From: Planctomycetales bacterium
GTDB taxonomy: Bacteria > 4484-113 > JAFGCY01
Assembly (NCBI GenBank): GCA_022646745.1
Contig: CP060262.1
Location: 1,830,001 to 1,862,000 of the forward strand
Direction of reading: 5' to 3'
DNA: 32,000 nucleotides
The notes under the pieces were generated by a model. That model saw only the letters and a list, made by a program, of their open reading frames with translations. It had not been told where the DNA came from and searched no databases. This document shows positions 1-9,225 of the stretch, piece by piece. A program made the translations under genes and the position numbers. The first letter of the stretch is position 1, and every line of letters starts with the position of its first letter.

Positions 1-260
1 AGAGCAGCGGTGGCAACCCGAACATCGCGATGTTTGACAGCATGCTGGCCAGCATGCGCGCTGAACTGCGCCGCAGCTACGGATCGGGCCTGCCCGGCAT
101 CTGCTGGGACGGACTGCTGCGCCAGCCCAACCGCCTGATCGGTGCCAACCAGAACCAGGCGGTGCTGATGGTGGTTGACAACGAGGCCCGGCCGGATGAA
201 AACGGGGTGCAGCAGATCACGGTGCAGCGCATGTGCCTGCCGCTCGGGGGAGGGGCCTGA
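1..260 (+). CDS. 3' end of a gene of unknown function (5' end lies outside the window)
   Basis: Frame 3 is open from position 3 (..SSGGNPNIAMFDSM..) to TGA at 258-260. That stop overlaps the next ATG (TGATG), which suggests translational coupling. No recognisable motif. Confidence 0.45.
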   Translation, partial: SSGGNPNIAMFDSMLASMRAELRRSYGSGLPGICWDGLLRQPNRLIGANQNQAVLMVVDNEARPDENGVQQITVQRMCLPLGGGA

Positions 261-1684
261 TGGAAGGGCTGCGCCCGCCGGGGCTGGACCACCAGGTTAC
301 GAACGTGCCTCCGCTCCGGGGCTTTGGCGAACTGGCCCGGCCGCTGGCGGCGGTGCTGCCGCTGCTGGCACTGCTGGCCCTGGCCAGTGGGCTGTCGCTG
401 CGCAGCCTGTCAACGGAGCCCGACCCCGCCGGCCTGATGTCGGTGCTCGGCATGCTGTGCTGGCTGCTCGGGCTGTTGCCGGCCGGTCCGGTGCAGCATG
501 TGCTGCAGCGCCTGGACCGCCACCGCCGCAACCCGGTGCGCCAGCTGGCAACACGGGGCTGGCTGCTGCTGGCGCTGACCGTCGCCGCCGGAGCGGTCTC
601 GCTGGCAATGCTGCCGGTGCACTTCGCCTACGACCAGAGCCAGGACCTGTTCAGCATCCAGACCCTCAACGTCGATCCCGTGACCTTCCGCAGCGGCTAC
701 TTCATGCTGCTGCTGCACATCGCCGCCGCGCCTGCCTACCTGCTGGTGTCCACCGGGCTGCTGCGACTGCTGCGCCTGCTGCTGCCTGCTTCCGGCGCGC
801 ATGTGCTGTGGCTGCTGGCCGGCAGCCTGCTGTGCGTGGTCCCGGCCGCACTGGACCAGCCCGGGGCCTGGCCGTTCAGCCTCGGGCAATACAGCAGCTG
901 GATGCTGGAGTTCATGTATGCCAACAAGCAGCTGGCCTCGCCCTACATCCAGGAGCTGGTGCGCCCGGTGGTGCTGCGGCTGGCAATGGTCTGGGGCATC
1001 GGGCTCGGACTGTGCTGGCTGTCCTTCCTGCCGATCGGCCGGGCATTGCCAGTGGTCCGCCCGCTGTGGCTGGCGGCCTGCACTGGCATCATCGCCGGCG
1101 GGGCACGGATCGTAGCACTCAGCCTGCGCTGGACCGATGAGGTGCTGCCGCTTTCACCGGCGGACTGGACCAGCGTGCTGCTGTACGGCACTTTGGCAAC
1201 CTGGATCGCCTGGCTGGCCTGCCTGCTTTCGATGCCGCGCAGCCGGGTATTGCATTCCCTGCGCCGTGATTCCGCCTGGCTGCTTCTGCTGCCCGCGGCA
1301 CTGCTGGCAATGACCGCCAGCTGCCTGCAGGCCGGCGATGCCAGCCAGCTCAGGATGGCCTCCGCCGCCATCCTGCTGTTGCCGCTGTTGCTGCTGGGCC
1401 TGGTGCTGCCGCTGCAGGCCAGCCGGCTGGGCCATCCCGCCTGGCGCCTGCTGTGCCTGCTGCTGTGCACCGGCATGCTGCTGCTGCCGGCCCCGCGCAT
1501 GAGCCCGATCGCACAATTACTGCTGTCAATGCAGCCGGGCTTCCAGCTGGACCGGCCCGGCACCGAGCAGCTGCGGGTCTGGGCCTGCCTCGTGCTGCTG
1601 CTGCTGATCAGCTGGCCCGGCCTGCTGCAGTCCGTGATGGGCCGCTACCGCCAGCTTGCGCTGCCTGGCCGCTCCACACGCTGA
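260..1684 (+). CDS. Leu-rich polytopic membrane protein, unknown function
   Basis: The long ORF (233..1684 in the track) has many hydrophobic Leu/Ala-rich segments, about 10-12 predicted TM helices by eye. I prefer ATG 260 because it overlaps the upstream stop (TGATG). No catalytic motif recognised. Confidence 0.6.
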   Translation: MEGLRPPGLDHQVTNVPPLRGFGELARPLAAVLPLLALLALASGLSLRSLSTEPDPAGLMSVLGMLCWLLGLLPAGPVQHVLQRLDRHRRNPVRQLATRGWLLLALTVAAGAVSLAMLPVHFAYDQSQDLFSIQTLNVDPVTFRSGYFMLLLHIAAAPAYLLVSTGLLRLLRLLLPASGAHVLWLLAGSLLCVVPAALDQPGAWPFSLGQYSSWMLEFMYANKQLASPYIQELVRPVVLRLAMVWGIGLGLCWLSFLPIGRALPVVRPLWLAACTGIIAGGARIVALSLRWTDEVLPLSPADWTSVLLYGTLATWIAWLACLLSMPRSRVLHSLRRDSAWLLLLPAALLAMTASCLQAGDASQLRMASAAILLLPLLLLGLVLPLQASRLGHPAWRLLCLLLCTGMLLLPAPRMSPIAQLLLSMQPGFQLDRPGTEQLRVWACLVLLLLISWPGLLQSVMGRYRQLALPGRSTR

Positions 1685-1706
1685 TTGTCAAAATCCGGTT
1701 GAACGG

Positions 1707-1733
1707 TAAAGTGCCGCCGCCGGGCTCCGATAA
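1707..1733 (+). promoter_or_regulatory. sigma28 (FliA)-type class III flagellar promoter
   Basis: TAAAGTgc (1707-1714), an 11-nt spacer, then tCCGATAA (1726-1733). This matches the enterobacterial sigma28 consensus TAAAGTTT-N11-GCCGATAA and lies about 105 nt upstream of the flagellin start. Confidence 0.75.
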
Positions 1734-1837
1734 CAGCTCAGTGGGAAACGCTGGCAGCGTCTCCCGCAGCGGGAACAAACTCCGTCAGCCACCGGAATCC
1801 CGCCACAACTGATACACGTTCAAGGAGGAATGTGTCG

Positions 1838-4525
1838 ATGTCCGTCACCAGGATCTTTCAGAATCCGATAGCGATCAATGCCAACCGTAACCTGAAGGTT
1901 ACCGGCATGAACATCTCCCGCTCCCTCGAGCGGCTTTCATCCGGCCTGCGCATCAACCGCGCGGCTGACGACGCCGCCGGCCTATCCATCAGTGAGAAGC
2001 TGCGCAGCCAGATCCGCGGCCTGAACCGTGCCAGCCTCAACTCGCTGGACGGCATCAGCCTGATCCAGACCGCCGAAGGTGCACTGAATGAGGTGCACTC
2101 GATCCTGCAGCGCATGCGTGAGCTGGCGGTGCAGGCCTCGAACGGCATCTACACCGCTGACGACCGCCTCGCCCTGCAGCAGGAGGTCAGCCAGCTGGTG
2201 GATGAAATCAACCGCATCAGCCGCGCCACCGAGTTCAACACCAAGTCGCTGCTGGACGGCACGATGGGTGCGCTGATCTCGACTGACGACTTCAGCCGCA
2301 TCAAGGCACACGTGATCGGCGACGTCGGCGACGGCGGTAACTTCGTGATGCGCGCCGCGGCGATTGACGCCGGCCGGCTGCAGATCCAGAAGACCGACGT
2401 GTTCGCCTATGAGAACCCGGGCCAGGGCGTTGGCAAGCTGAACTTCCTCAATACCTGGCGGGCGGATGCCACGGTGACCACCGCAGGCGCGGACGGCATC
2501 GGCAACGCCGGCGTATACCAGGTCGAGGTGCCTGTCAGTGCCAACGGCTCGATCGCCGTCAACAGCCCGACAGTCGGCAATGTGCGCATCAGCGGCGCGG
2601 TCGGCTCAGGAGCCGGCACCTCGCTGGCCCGCAACCTGCAGGCCGAGGAACTGACAGCGGGCGACAAGCTGCTGCTGACAATGAAGACCACTTCCGGCGT
2701 GATCACCGTCAGCGTGCCGATCGTCTCGCTGGGGACAACACATACAAGCTATGCCGCGCAGATGTCGCTGGCGATCGGCGCCGCCAACCTCGGTGCCAAC
2801 GGCGTGCAGTACTACGCCGGTGCGGGTGAGAACCTGTACTCGATCGACTTCGGCGCGGGCGTATCCATCATCAACAGCCAATTCATCGACACCGACAAGA
2901 GCGGCTCCGACTTCTTCCTGAGCTTCAGCTCCGCCGGTGTCAGCAACCGCTTCTTCTCCAGCGTGGCGGTGTCCTTCTTCAACAACGGTGGTGCCTACAG
3001 CGGCGCGATCAACCGTGCACCGGGTGACACCGGCAGCTTCTTCAGCATTGGCGACGCCAGCACCGGCGCGGTCTACCTGCGCTTCGACACCCGCTACGAC
3101 TGGTCACAGGTCGAGGGCGTCGGCCAGACCCAGAGCGACACCATCGAATGGAGCCGCAAGGCCGGCACCAACAGCCTGCAGGACTACGGACGGGTCTGGG
3201 TGGACGGGGCGATCCCGGTCAACACCACCGTGCTGGTCAGTGCGGCCAGTGCCAGGTCCTACGCCGTGTTCAGCTTTGACAACCAGCGCTACACGGACCT
3301 CGTGGCCCAGGGCTGGGACCATGATGCGGCAGTCGCCGCAGCCCGCGCCGGGCAGATCGGTGCCACCACCGCGATCAACAGCACCTTCGACGGCACCGGC
3401 ACGATCCTCGCGGATGTCAAGATCGCCTTCGACGGCATCCTGCAGGCAGGCGAGACCGCGACCTTCAACCTGAGCACCAACAACATCCTCACCGGCGACC
3501 AGACCACCACACTGCAGAGCCTCAACCGCTTCCAGGAGTTCGGCGTGTTCAACGGGCGCAACAACGCCGAACTGACGCTCTACCGGCGGGGCACGGATTC
3601 CGCGGTGACGATCAACCTCAGCCGCAACGACACCTTCGAGGACATGGCCGGCAAGATCAGCCTGGCGATGTGGAACCCCGAGGGCACCGGGCTCGTTAAC
3701 AGCGAGATCATCAACCCGGACCAGGTGCCTGATCTGGTGCATGTCAACACGATCGGCGCGGCCAAGGGCACGATGAGCATCACCACGCCGGTACCCGGCA
3801 TGGAGATGGTGCTGGCCGGCGACGAAGCGCTGCTGAAGGCCCTCTCACTGGTTGAGGTGCAGGACGGCAAGTCCCCGATCTACTCGATCAGCGCCTTCAA
3901 CCTCGAGCTGAACCGCAGCATCGGCAGCATCATCACCGATTCCGACGAGATCAGCGGCCTGCTGCCGGGACTGAGCATCAAGTTTGACAACACGCTCGGC
4001 CTGCGGCTCGACCCGCAGCCTCCCACCGGCACGGTGAACCCGCTGGTGAGCTTCGGCTGGCCCAGTCCGGACGAGCGTCCGGCGCTGTCCCTGAGCGGGG
4101 TGGCAGCCAGCTTCTTCATCCACGTTGCGCCCCGTGGATTCAACCTCCAGATCGGGGCCAACCAGGGCCAGACGATCAGGAGCTTCATCGAGGACATGAG
4201 TGCCGGAGCCCTGGGTGTGGAGGGTCTGCTCATCGTCGATGGCTCGCTCGCGGAGGAGGCTATCTCCATCGTTGACGTGGCCATGCAGAGGGTGAGCAGC
4301 CAGCGGTCCCGCTTGGGTGCGATCCAGAACCGGCTTGAAAGCACGATCCGTAACCTGGACGTGGCCGCGGAGAACCTGACGGCTTCCGAAAGCCGCATCC
4401 GCGATGTGGATGTGGCTGCGGAGACGATGACCTCCACCCGCAACCAGATCCTGCTGCAGGCCGGTGTGGCTGCACTGGCCCAGGCCAACCAGCTGCCGCA
4501 GTCGGTACTCCAGCTGCTGCAGTAA
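1838..4525 (+). CDS. fliC: flagellin with a very large central variable region (about 895 aa)
   Basis: The N-terminal segment (NRNLKVTGMNISRSLERLSSGLRINRAADDAAGLSISEKLRSQIRGLNRAS..QTAEGALNEVHSILQRMRELAVQASNG) and C-terminal segment (LQIGANQGQ..SQRSRLGAIQNRLESTIRNLDVAAENLTASESRIRDVDVAAETMTSTRNQILLQAGVAALAQANQLPQSVLQLLQ) are canonical flagellin D0/D1. AAGGAGG at 1822-1828 sits 9 nt before ATG 1838. The track start, GTG 1832, is too close to that SD. Confidence 0.95.
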   Translation: MSVTRIFQNPIAINANRNLKVTGMNISRSLERLSSGLRINRAADDAAGLSISEKLRSQIRGLNRASLNSLDGISLIQTAEGALNEVHSILQRMRELAVQASNGIYTADDRLALQQEVSQLVDEINRISRATEFNTKSLLDGTMGALISTDDFSRIKAHVIGDVGDGGNFVMRAAAIDAGRLQIQKTDVFAYENPGQGVGKLNFLNTWRADATVTTAGADGIGNAGVYQVEVPVSANGSIAVNSPTVGNVRISGAVGSGAGTSLARNLQAEELTAGDKLLLTMKTTSGVITVSVPIVSLGTTHTSYAAQMSLAIGAANLGANGVQYYAGAGENLYSIDFGAGVSIINSQFIDTDKSGSDFFLSFSSAGVSNRFFSSVAVSFFNNGGAYSGAINRAPGDTGSFFSIGDASTGAVYLRFDTRYDWSQVEGVGQTQSDTIEWSRKAGTNSLQDYGRVWVDGAIPVNTTVLVSAASARSYAVFSFDNQRYTDLVAQGWDHDAAVAAARAGQIGATTAINSTFDGTGTILADVKIAFDGILQAGETATFNLSTNNILTGDQTTTLQSLNRFQEFGVFNGRNNAELTLYRRGTDSAVTINLSRNDTFEDMAGKISLAMWNPEGTGLVNSEIINPDQVPDLVHVNTIGAAKGTMSITTPVPGMEMVLAGDEALLKALSLVEVQDGKSPIYSISAFNLELNRSIGSIITDSDEISGLLPGLSIKFDNTLGLRLDPQPPTGTVNPLVSFGWPSPDERPALSLSGVAASFFIHVAPRGFNLQIGANQGQTIRSFIEDMSAGALGVEGLLIVDGSLAEEAISIVDVAMQRVSSQRSRLGAIQNRLESTIRNLDVAAENLTASESRIRDVDVAAETMTSTRNQILLQAGVAALAQANQLPQSVLQLLQ

Positions 4526-4565
4526 ATCCTGACAACAACTGACGATTCATCTACACATCCCTACA

Positions 4566-4605
4566 CATACCCGACCGGAGCAACCCCGGGCGGGTATGTT
4601 TTTTT
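4566..4605 (+). terminator. rho-independent terminator of the flagellin gene
   Basis: CATACCCG (4566-4573) pairs with CGGGTATG (4591-4598), followed by a T7 run (4599-4605). Confidence 0.8.
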
Positions 4606-4748
4606 CTGCCCCTTTGCTATGATTGTCAAGGTAATGGTCTCAATTGATCGCCTTATTTGAACAGGTGATTGCTGATCCGGGATGCCGGCAGGGACCTTCC
4701 CATCCCATCCGGGATGAAAACCGTTTGTGCACGATGCAAGGAGCCGGC

Positions 4749-5687
4749 ATGCATTTCAATGACACGCAGCTGCTTGACAGGTTCTGGCTGTCAGGTGGCG
4801 GCCTGGATACGCCATTCCTCTACCTCCGTCGCGCGCGGCTTGTGCTCAGCCAGCTGAGCCTCGCCTATGCGTCCGGCGACAGCCAGCAGATGGAGTCCTG
4901 GCGGCAGGTGGTGGAATACAGCGAGCAGCTGCTGCCCGATGACGAGCGGGCCGAGCAGTTCCGCAGCGCATGGGATTCCATGCATGGCCTGGCCCTGCTC
5001 AGCCAGGCACTGGCCGCGATGGATGAGAAGCAGTCCAATGCAGCTTACGGAGGACTGGAACGGGTGCGGGACATCATGCGCCAGCGCTCGGAGCGCCGCA
5101 GCCGGGCCGGGATGGAGATGCTTGACGACATGGAGCTTGAGCTGGCATTCCTTCGCACCGCCACGGTTGTCAAGTGGCGTGGGGAGGAAGCCGACCGCGA
5201 CCGGCTGTTAAGTATCAGCCAGCTGCGCAGCGCACTGGCGGATGACCTGCTGCCGCGCATGCGCCGCCACTTCTCGGTCCGTCCCCCGCAGGAACCCTAC
5301 ATTGACAGCGCGATCATGGACCTCGTGAACTGGGGCTGGATCCTGCTGCTGCGCCTGCTGCTGCGCTTCGACCAGCAGGCCGCCGCCGAGGAGCTGGACG
5401 CCTTCAATGCCCAGCATGCGGACTTCCTCACGCTGAAGCCCGGCTTCTTCCGCAGCGGGATCAGCGAGGAGGGCACCAGCCCGTTCTTCTGGGACCTGGA
5501 GATTGCCAAGCTCTGGCTGCTGGACGAACTGGGCCGTGGCGACCTGGAGATGCTCGCCGAGAAGCGCAGCCGCGCCTTCGAGCTGCACTGCATGCGCCAT
5601 GCTGACAACGGCTGGATGCGGGCCTTCCTGCTGCGTGAGACGGACCTGATGCGCCGGCATGTGACCCGCAGCGGACAGTCAGGCTGA
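4749..5687 (+). CDS. hypothetical, probably all-helical cytoplasmic protein (312 aa)
   Basis: ORF 4644..5687. AAGGAG at 4738-4743 lies 5 nt upstream of in-frame ATG 4749, so I prefer that start. No signal peptide, TM segment or recognisable motif. Confidence 0.55.
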   Translation: MHFNDTQLLDRFWLSGGGLDTPFLYLRRARLVLSQLSLAYASGDSQQMESWRQVVEYSEQLLPDDERAEQFRSAWDSMHGLALLSQALAAMDEKQSNAAYGGLERVRDIMRQRSERRSRAGMEMLDDMELELAFLRTATVVKWRGEEADRDRLLSISQLRSALADDLLPRMRRHFSVRPPQEPYIDSAIMDLVNWGWILLLRLLLRFDQQAAAEELDAFNAQHADFLTLKPGFFRSGISEEGTSPFFWDLEIAKLWLLDELGRGDLEMLAEKRSRAFELHCMRHADNGWMRAFLLRETDLMRRHVTRSGQSG

Positions 5688-5731
5688 TCAGGGGAAGTAG
5701 TCCGCCGCCAACACACTCGGTCCTGATGCAA

Positions 5732-8700
5732 CTAGAAAGCTGCCCATTCATCTTCCCGCAGCCAGCCGAGGATGTTCTGCAGGGCTGCGTCACGCGACAT
5801 CGGCACCTGCTGGCTATTCTGGTCAAAGGCCTGGGTGACACTCATCTGCGACCAGGGGTAGCCCACCACCCACAGGCGGCTCGGGCCATAGACATGGGTA
5901 TAGCTCGGCCAGAATCCGATGTTGGCATCCGGGGCGGCTTCATTCCCATAACTCAGGAAACCTAACTGATAGCCGAGATAGAACGGTGTAGCCATCCCAT
6001 GCTCGAATTTCGGTGAGGCATAGTTGCTGAAACCCCAGCTCGTGTCATACATGCCGGTTCCACAGAGCTGGTAGCATTCCGCGATCTGGATCTTGTATGC
6101 GCGCCGTGAATTGCTCCCAAGCCCCTTGTAGAAGATGCCATTGTTCTGAGAATAGCCGCTGTCCAGGATGATGCTGCCAGCCAGTGACAGGTTCTGCGGG
6201 CACATCGGCAGGCTCAGACTGCCGCCAAAGCCGATCTCGTCGTCAGTGCTGAAGCCTGCGGCATTGACATGGCGGACCTCCGCCTTGGGCACGCTGTTGG
6301 CAAGCTTGTCCATGCCGTAGAAGATGTTCCAGCCATCCGGTCCATCCGGGTCCAGCGGCGGGTCGCGCAGGTCCAGGTCGTTGTCCTTGCCGTGGCTCTG
6401 GCTCATCAGCAGCAGGGGCTTGCCAGCATCCATCAAGGCAATGTAGTCGTCAATTTCGCTGGTGGTCCAGACTGTGGTGTATGGTGCCGGCTCAGACGCG
6501 CTGCCCGGCCCGCCACGGTACCAGATATAGACAGGGGTACCGGTGATGGCCTCGTCAGCCGCGATCCCGGGGTAGTAGTCAACACTGCTCCAGCCGTAGC
6601 CGAGGCTGTCAAGGTCGGCGGTGATCGCGTCGTAGTTGGAATCGTACAGCCCACCATCATTGCGGATGATGCGCAGCGTCCCGCCCAGCACGCCGGCCTC
6701 GTGGCTGACACTGCGCACATAGCCATTGTCGGCGTGCATGTACATTGTCACCAGGTACTTCCCGGGTGCGAAGGTCCGGCTGACCTGCGGGGCCAGCCCT
6801 GTGTCATCGATGATTCCGTCCGACTCATAGTCCCAGCTGTAACTGGAAACCGGCAGGTCGGAAACTGAGCCTGAATTGTCAAAGTTGATCGTGCTGTCCA
6901 GCGGCTTGAAGAAGGAGTCCGCCGTGAACTGTGGATCAAATGCCGCCACATTGACGGTGAATTCCTTGGTCAGGCCGGATGGCGGGACTTCACTGACCAA
7001 CTGGTCAACGCTTACCCTCACAAGGAATTCCCCGCTTATCATCCAGCTGACCGGGACAAGGAATGTGTTGGGTTGGGCTGTTCCAGTCAGCGCCGTCATG
7101 TTGCTGCCCGGGAACTCCACCGTCCAATTGCCAAACAGTTCCGTTGGTCCGCCAATGCCGATGTACAGGTCGACTTCCTGCCCCTGGTAGACGACCTCTC
7201 CCTGCGCCCAGTACGGATCATCGATTCCACAGGAGAGCGAGGGCTTGCGCCAGGAATCAATCACGGAACTCAGCTCGTCCACCTTGCCGAAGCGGTCAGT
7301 CACCCTCAGGGTCAAACTGAACTGTTCATCGAACCTGCATTCAAAGCCGATCTGCTGGCCTACGTAGTCAGTCTCGAACACGTTGTCATCCGAGCCATTC
7401 ACCCAGCTGGCATCCAGGTCCCATTCATAGCTGTTGATGGCGCCAAGGCTGCCGGCGCCACTGAGGTTGGCAATCTCATCCTCCCAGAAACCCTTGTCCG
7501 CACCGCTGATAACGGCCTCAGGGGCCGGATAGACGTAGAGCATCTGCGTGGTCTGCCAATGGCCGCCCTCCACATCAGTCAGGCGCAGCGTGACCTGCTT
7601 GAGGCCGGGCGTTGCAAAGGATGGCGTGAAGTCCGCCAGCGCAGGGGTGCTCTGTTCCAGCTCCGGCACGAAACCTGTCAGCCACTCACAGCTCTGCAGG
7701 TCAAGCACCAGGATGGACTCGTCCGCCGAGAGTACGAAGTCCGCCGGCAGTGAATCCTCCACCTGGTTGACAGTGATGCGCGGCACGCTGTCGTCACCGT
7801 CATATACCTGCAGGCTGATCTTCGTCTCGTAGCTGTGACCTGCCTGGCTGGTCAGCACCAGCCTGACCTGGTAGAAGCCGGTGAATACCGGTTCAAACAG
7901 GAATGTGTCCAGCTCCGTGCTGCTCTGGGACGGCAGCTCATCGTCATTCACGAACCACTCCACCGTTGCCAGCGGTATGCTGACCTGGGACTGCGTGCTG
8001 TCCAGCAGGAAGACCGCCGGCAGCATGTCGGCCTGCTTGTTGCTGGTGATCAGCGGAATGATTTCGTCGCCTACATTGATCGTCAGGTCGATGCTGTCAG
8101 TGGCCCCGCCGTCATCAGTCACCCGCAGCCTGACGGTATGGCTGCCGGAGCCGAAGCTGGTGGTCGCGTCCGGGTCAATGCCGGACTGGTCGTACTTGCC
8201 ATCTCCGTCGAGGTCGAATTCGTAGCTGACTATCCGCCCATCGGGGTCGCTTGAGGCTGAGGCATCCAGGCTGACCTGCAGCGGTGCGGCACCCCCGGGC
8301 GGGTTGACCGAAAGGGTGGCTACCGGCGGGATGTTCAGCGAGGGGCGCACCGGGCGGCTGGGCGGTCCCTCGCCCTCACTGTCCGCGTCGTAGGCTGCCA
8401 CGTAGTAGAGGTACTCCCCCGCATCAGTCAGGGTATCGCTGAAGCTGTAGCTCACCGGCAGGTTGTTGTCATCCGGGGCACTGCGCTCCACGCTGAACAG
8501 GCCGAGTGTTTCCTCGGGGCCTGCCAGCAACTCGGCTGATTCCTGGTCGCCATGCTGGCGGTAGACCCGGTAGCCACTCAGCGACTGCTGCCAGTGCTGG
8601 GCGATCGGGGTCACGTCCCCGGCATTGATCTCCCCGTCCATGTTGCCATCGATGCGCGCCAGCCTCCAGTTCGCCGCATCGCCGGGGTCATAGGCCAGGC

Positions 8701-9151
8701 CCGTCGGCCAGCCCTCAATGCCGTCCGTGTCCAGTGCGCTGCGGTAGCTGACCGCCTCGCCGAAATGCCGGGCCAGCGGTACAAGGTCGGCTGCGTTGAC
8801 AAGCCCGTTCTGGTCGTAGTCGCCGACAAGGCGCTCCGTCCAGCGCAGGGTCACGTCCGCCTGCTCGCCGGGCACGACCGTCGTCACCGTGGCCTGCAGG
8901 TCGAATACCGCATTGCCCGCGGATGGGGCGATGCTCGCTTCGCGGGATGTGTCGACGCCCAGGCGCAGCAGCTCTGAGTCAAGCAGCGCCTGCAGGGAGT
9001 CGAGCTGTGCTGATTGTTCGCTGCTTCCGGACAGCAGCTCCTGCTGTCCGCCCTTGCCACCTGCGCACGCATGCAGCAGCAGCGTGCAAGCGATAACCCC
9101 CAACATTACCGCTGTGGCCCGCAGCGGATGGATGGATCTGTTCCTGCCCAT
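5732..9151 (-). CDS. large secreted lipoprotein with dockerin-like EF-hand repeats, an FN3-like module, PKD/Ig-like domains and an unassigned C-terminal domain of about 350 aa
   Basis: Lipoprotein signal with lipobox (..LLLHAC). Two dockerin-type repeats (DYDQNGLVNAADLVPLARHF and DGNMDGEINAGDVTPIAQHW). One clear PKD domain (LQVSLDASASSDPDGRIVSYEFDLDGDGKYD..HTVRLRVTDDGGATDSIDLTINV), followed by several degenerate beta-sandwich-like repeats. Confidence 0.85.
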   Translation of the reverse strand: MGRNRSIHPLRATAVMLGVIACTLLLHACAGGKGGQQELLSGSSEQSAQLDSLQALLDSELLRLGVDTSREASIAPSAGNAVFDLQATVTTVVPGEQADVTLRWTERLVGDYDQNGLVNAADLVPLARHFGEAVSYRSALDTDGIEGWPTGLAYDPGDAANWRLARIDGNMDGEINAGDVTPIAQHWQQSLSGYRVYRQHGDQESAELLAGPEETLGLFSVERSAPDDNNLPVSYSFSDTLTDAGEYLYYVAAYDADSEGEGPPSRPVRPSLNIPPVATLSVNPPGGAAPLQVSLDASASSDPDGRIVSYEFDLDGDGKYDQSGIDPDATTSFGSGSHTVRLRVTDDGGATDSIDLTINVGDEIIPLITSNKQADMLPAVFLLDSTQSQVSIPLATVEWFVNDDELPSQSSTELDTFLFEPVFTGFYQVRLVLTSQAGHSYETKISLQVYDGDDSVPRITVNQVEDSLPADFVLSADESILVLDLQSCEWLTGFVPELEQSTPALADFTPSFATPGLKQVTLRLTDVEGGHWQTTQMLYVYPAPEAVISGADKGFWEDEIANLSGAGSLGAINSYEWDLDASWVNGSDDNVFETDYVGQQIGFECRFDEQFSLTLRVTDRFGKVDELSSVIDSWRKPSLSCGIDDPYWAQGEVVYQGQEVDLYIGIGGPTELFGNWTVEFPGSNMTALTGTAQPNTFLVPVSWMISGEFLVRVSVDQLVSEVPPSGLTKEFTVNVAAFDPQFTADSFFKPLDSTINFDNSGSVSDLPVSSYSWDYESDGIIDDTGLAPQVSRTFAPGKYLVTMYMHADNGYVRSVSHEAGVLGGTLRIIRNDGGLYDSNYDAITADLDSLGYGWSSVDYYPGIAADEAITGTPVYIWYRGGPGSASEPAPYTTVWTTSEIDDYIALMDAGKPLLLMSQSHGKDNDLDLRDPPLDPDGPDGWNIFYGMDKLANSVPKAEVRHVNAAGFSTDDEIGFGGSLSLPMCPQNLSLAGSIILDSGYSQNNGIFYKGLGSNSRRAYKIQIAECYQLCGTGMYDTSWGFSNYASPKFEHGMATPFYLGYQLGFLSYGNEAAPDANIGFWPSYTHVYGPSRLWVVGYPWSQMSVTQAFDQNSQQVPMSRDAALQNILGWLREDEWAAF

Positions 9152-9225
9152 ACTTCCCTCACATTTAGCCGGTTAAGGGAGTTTAACAGAATGTTATTCC
9201 GGGGAAAAGCCGTCAGGGCCAGACT

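Noticed and set aside
175-1563. Several long alternative-frame and antisense ORFs (175..1140+, 410..889-, 943..1563-, 1154..1516-)
   Set aside because: Their A/R/G/P/Q-rich translations lack hydrophobic periodicity or motifs. They overlap the frame that is translationally coupled to the upstream gene and encodes regular TM helices.
1838-4525. Alternative call as hook-associated protein FlgL or hook protein
   Set aside because: Both termini match flagellin proper (LRINRAADDAAGLSISEKL near the N-terminus and QILLQAGVAALAQANQLPQSVLQLLQ at the C-terminus). The gene also has a sigma28 class III promoter.
6269-8977. Plus-strand ORFs inside the giant lipoprotein gene (6269..6868, 7073..7753, 7835..8254, 8552..8977)
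   Set aside because: They are antisense to a CDS with clear dockerin and PKD motifs and a continuous 1139-codon frame.
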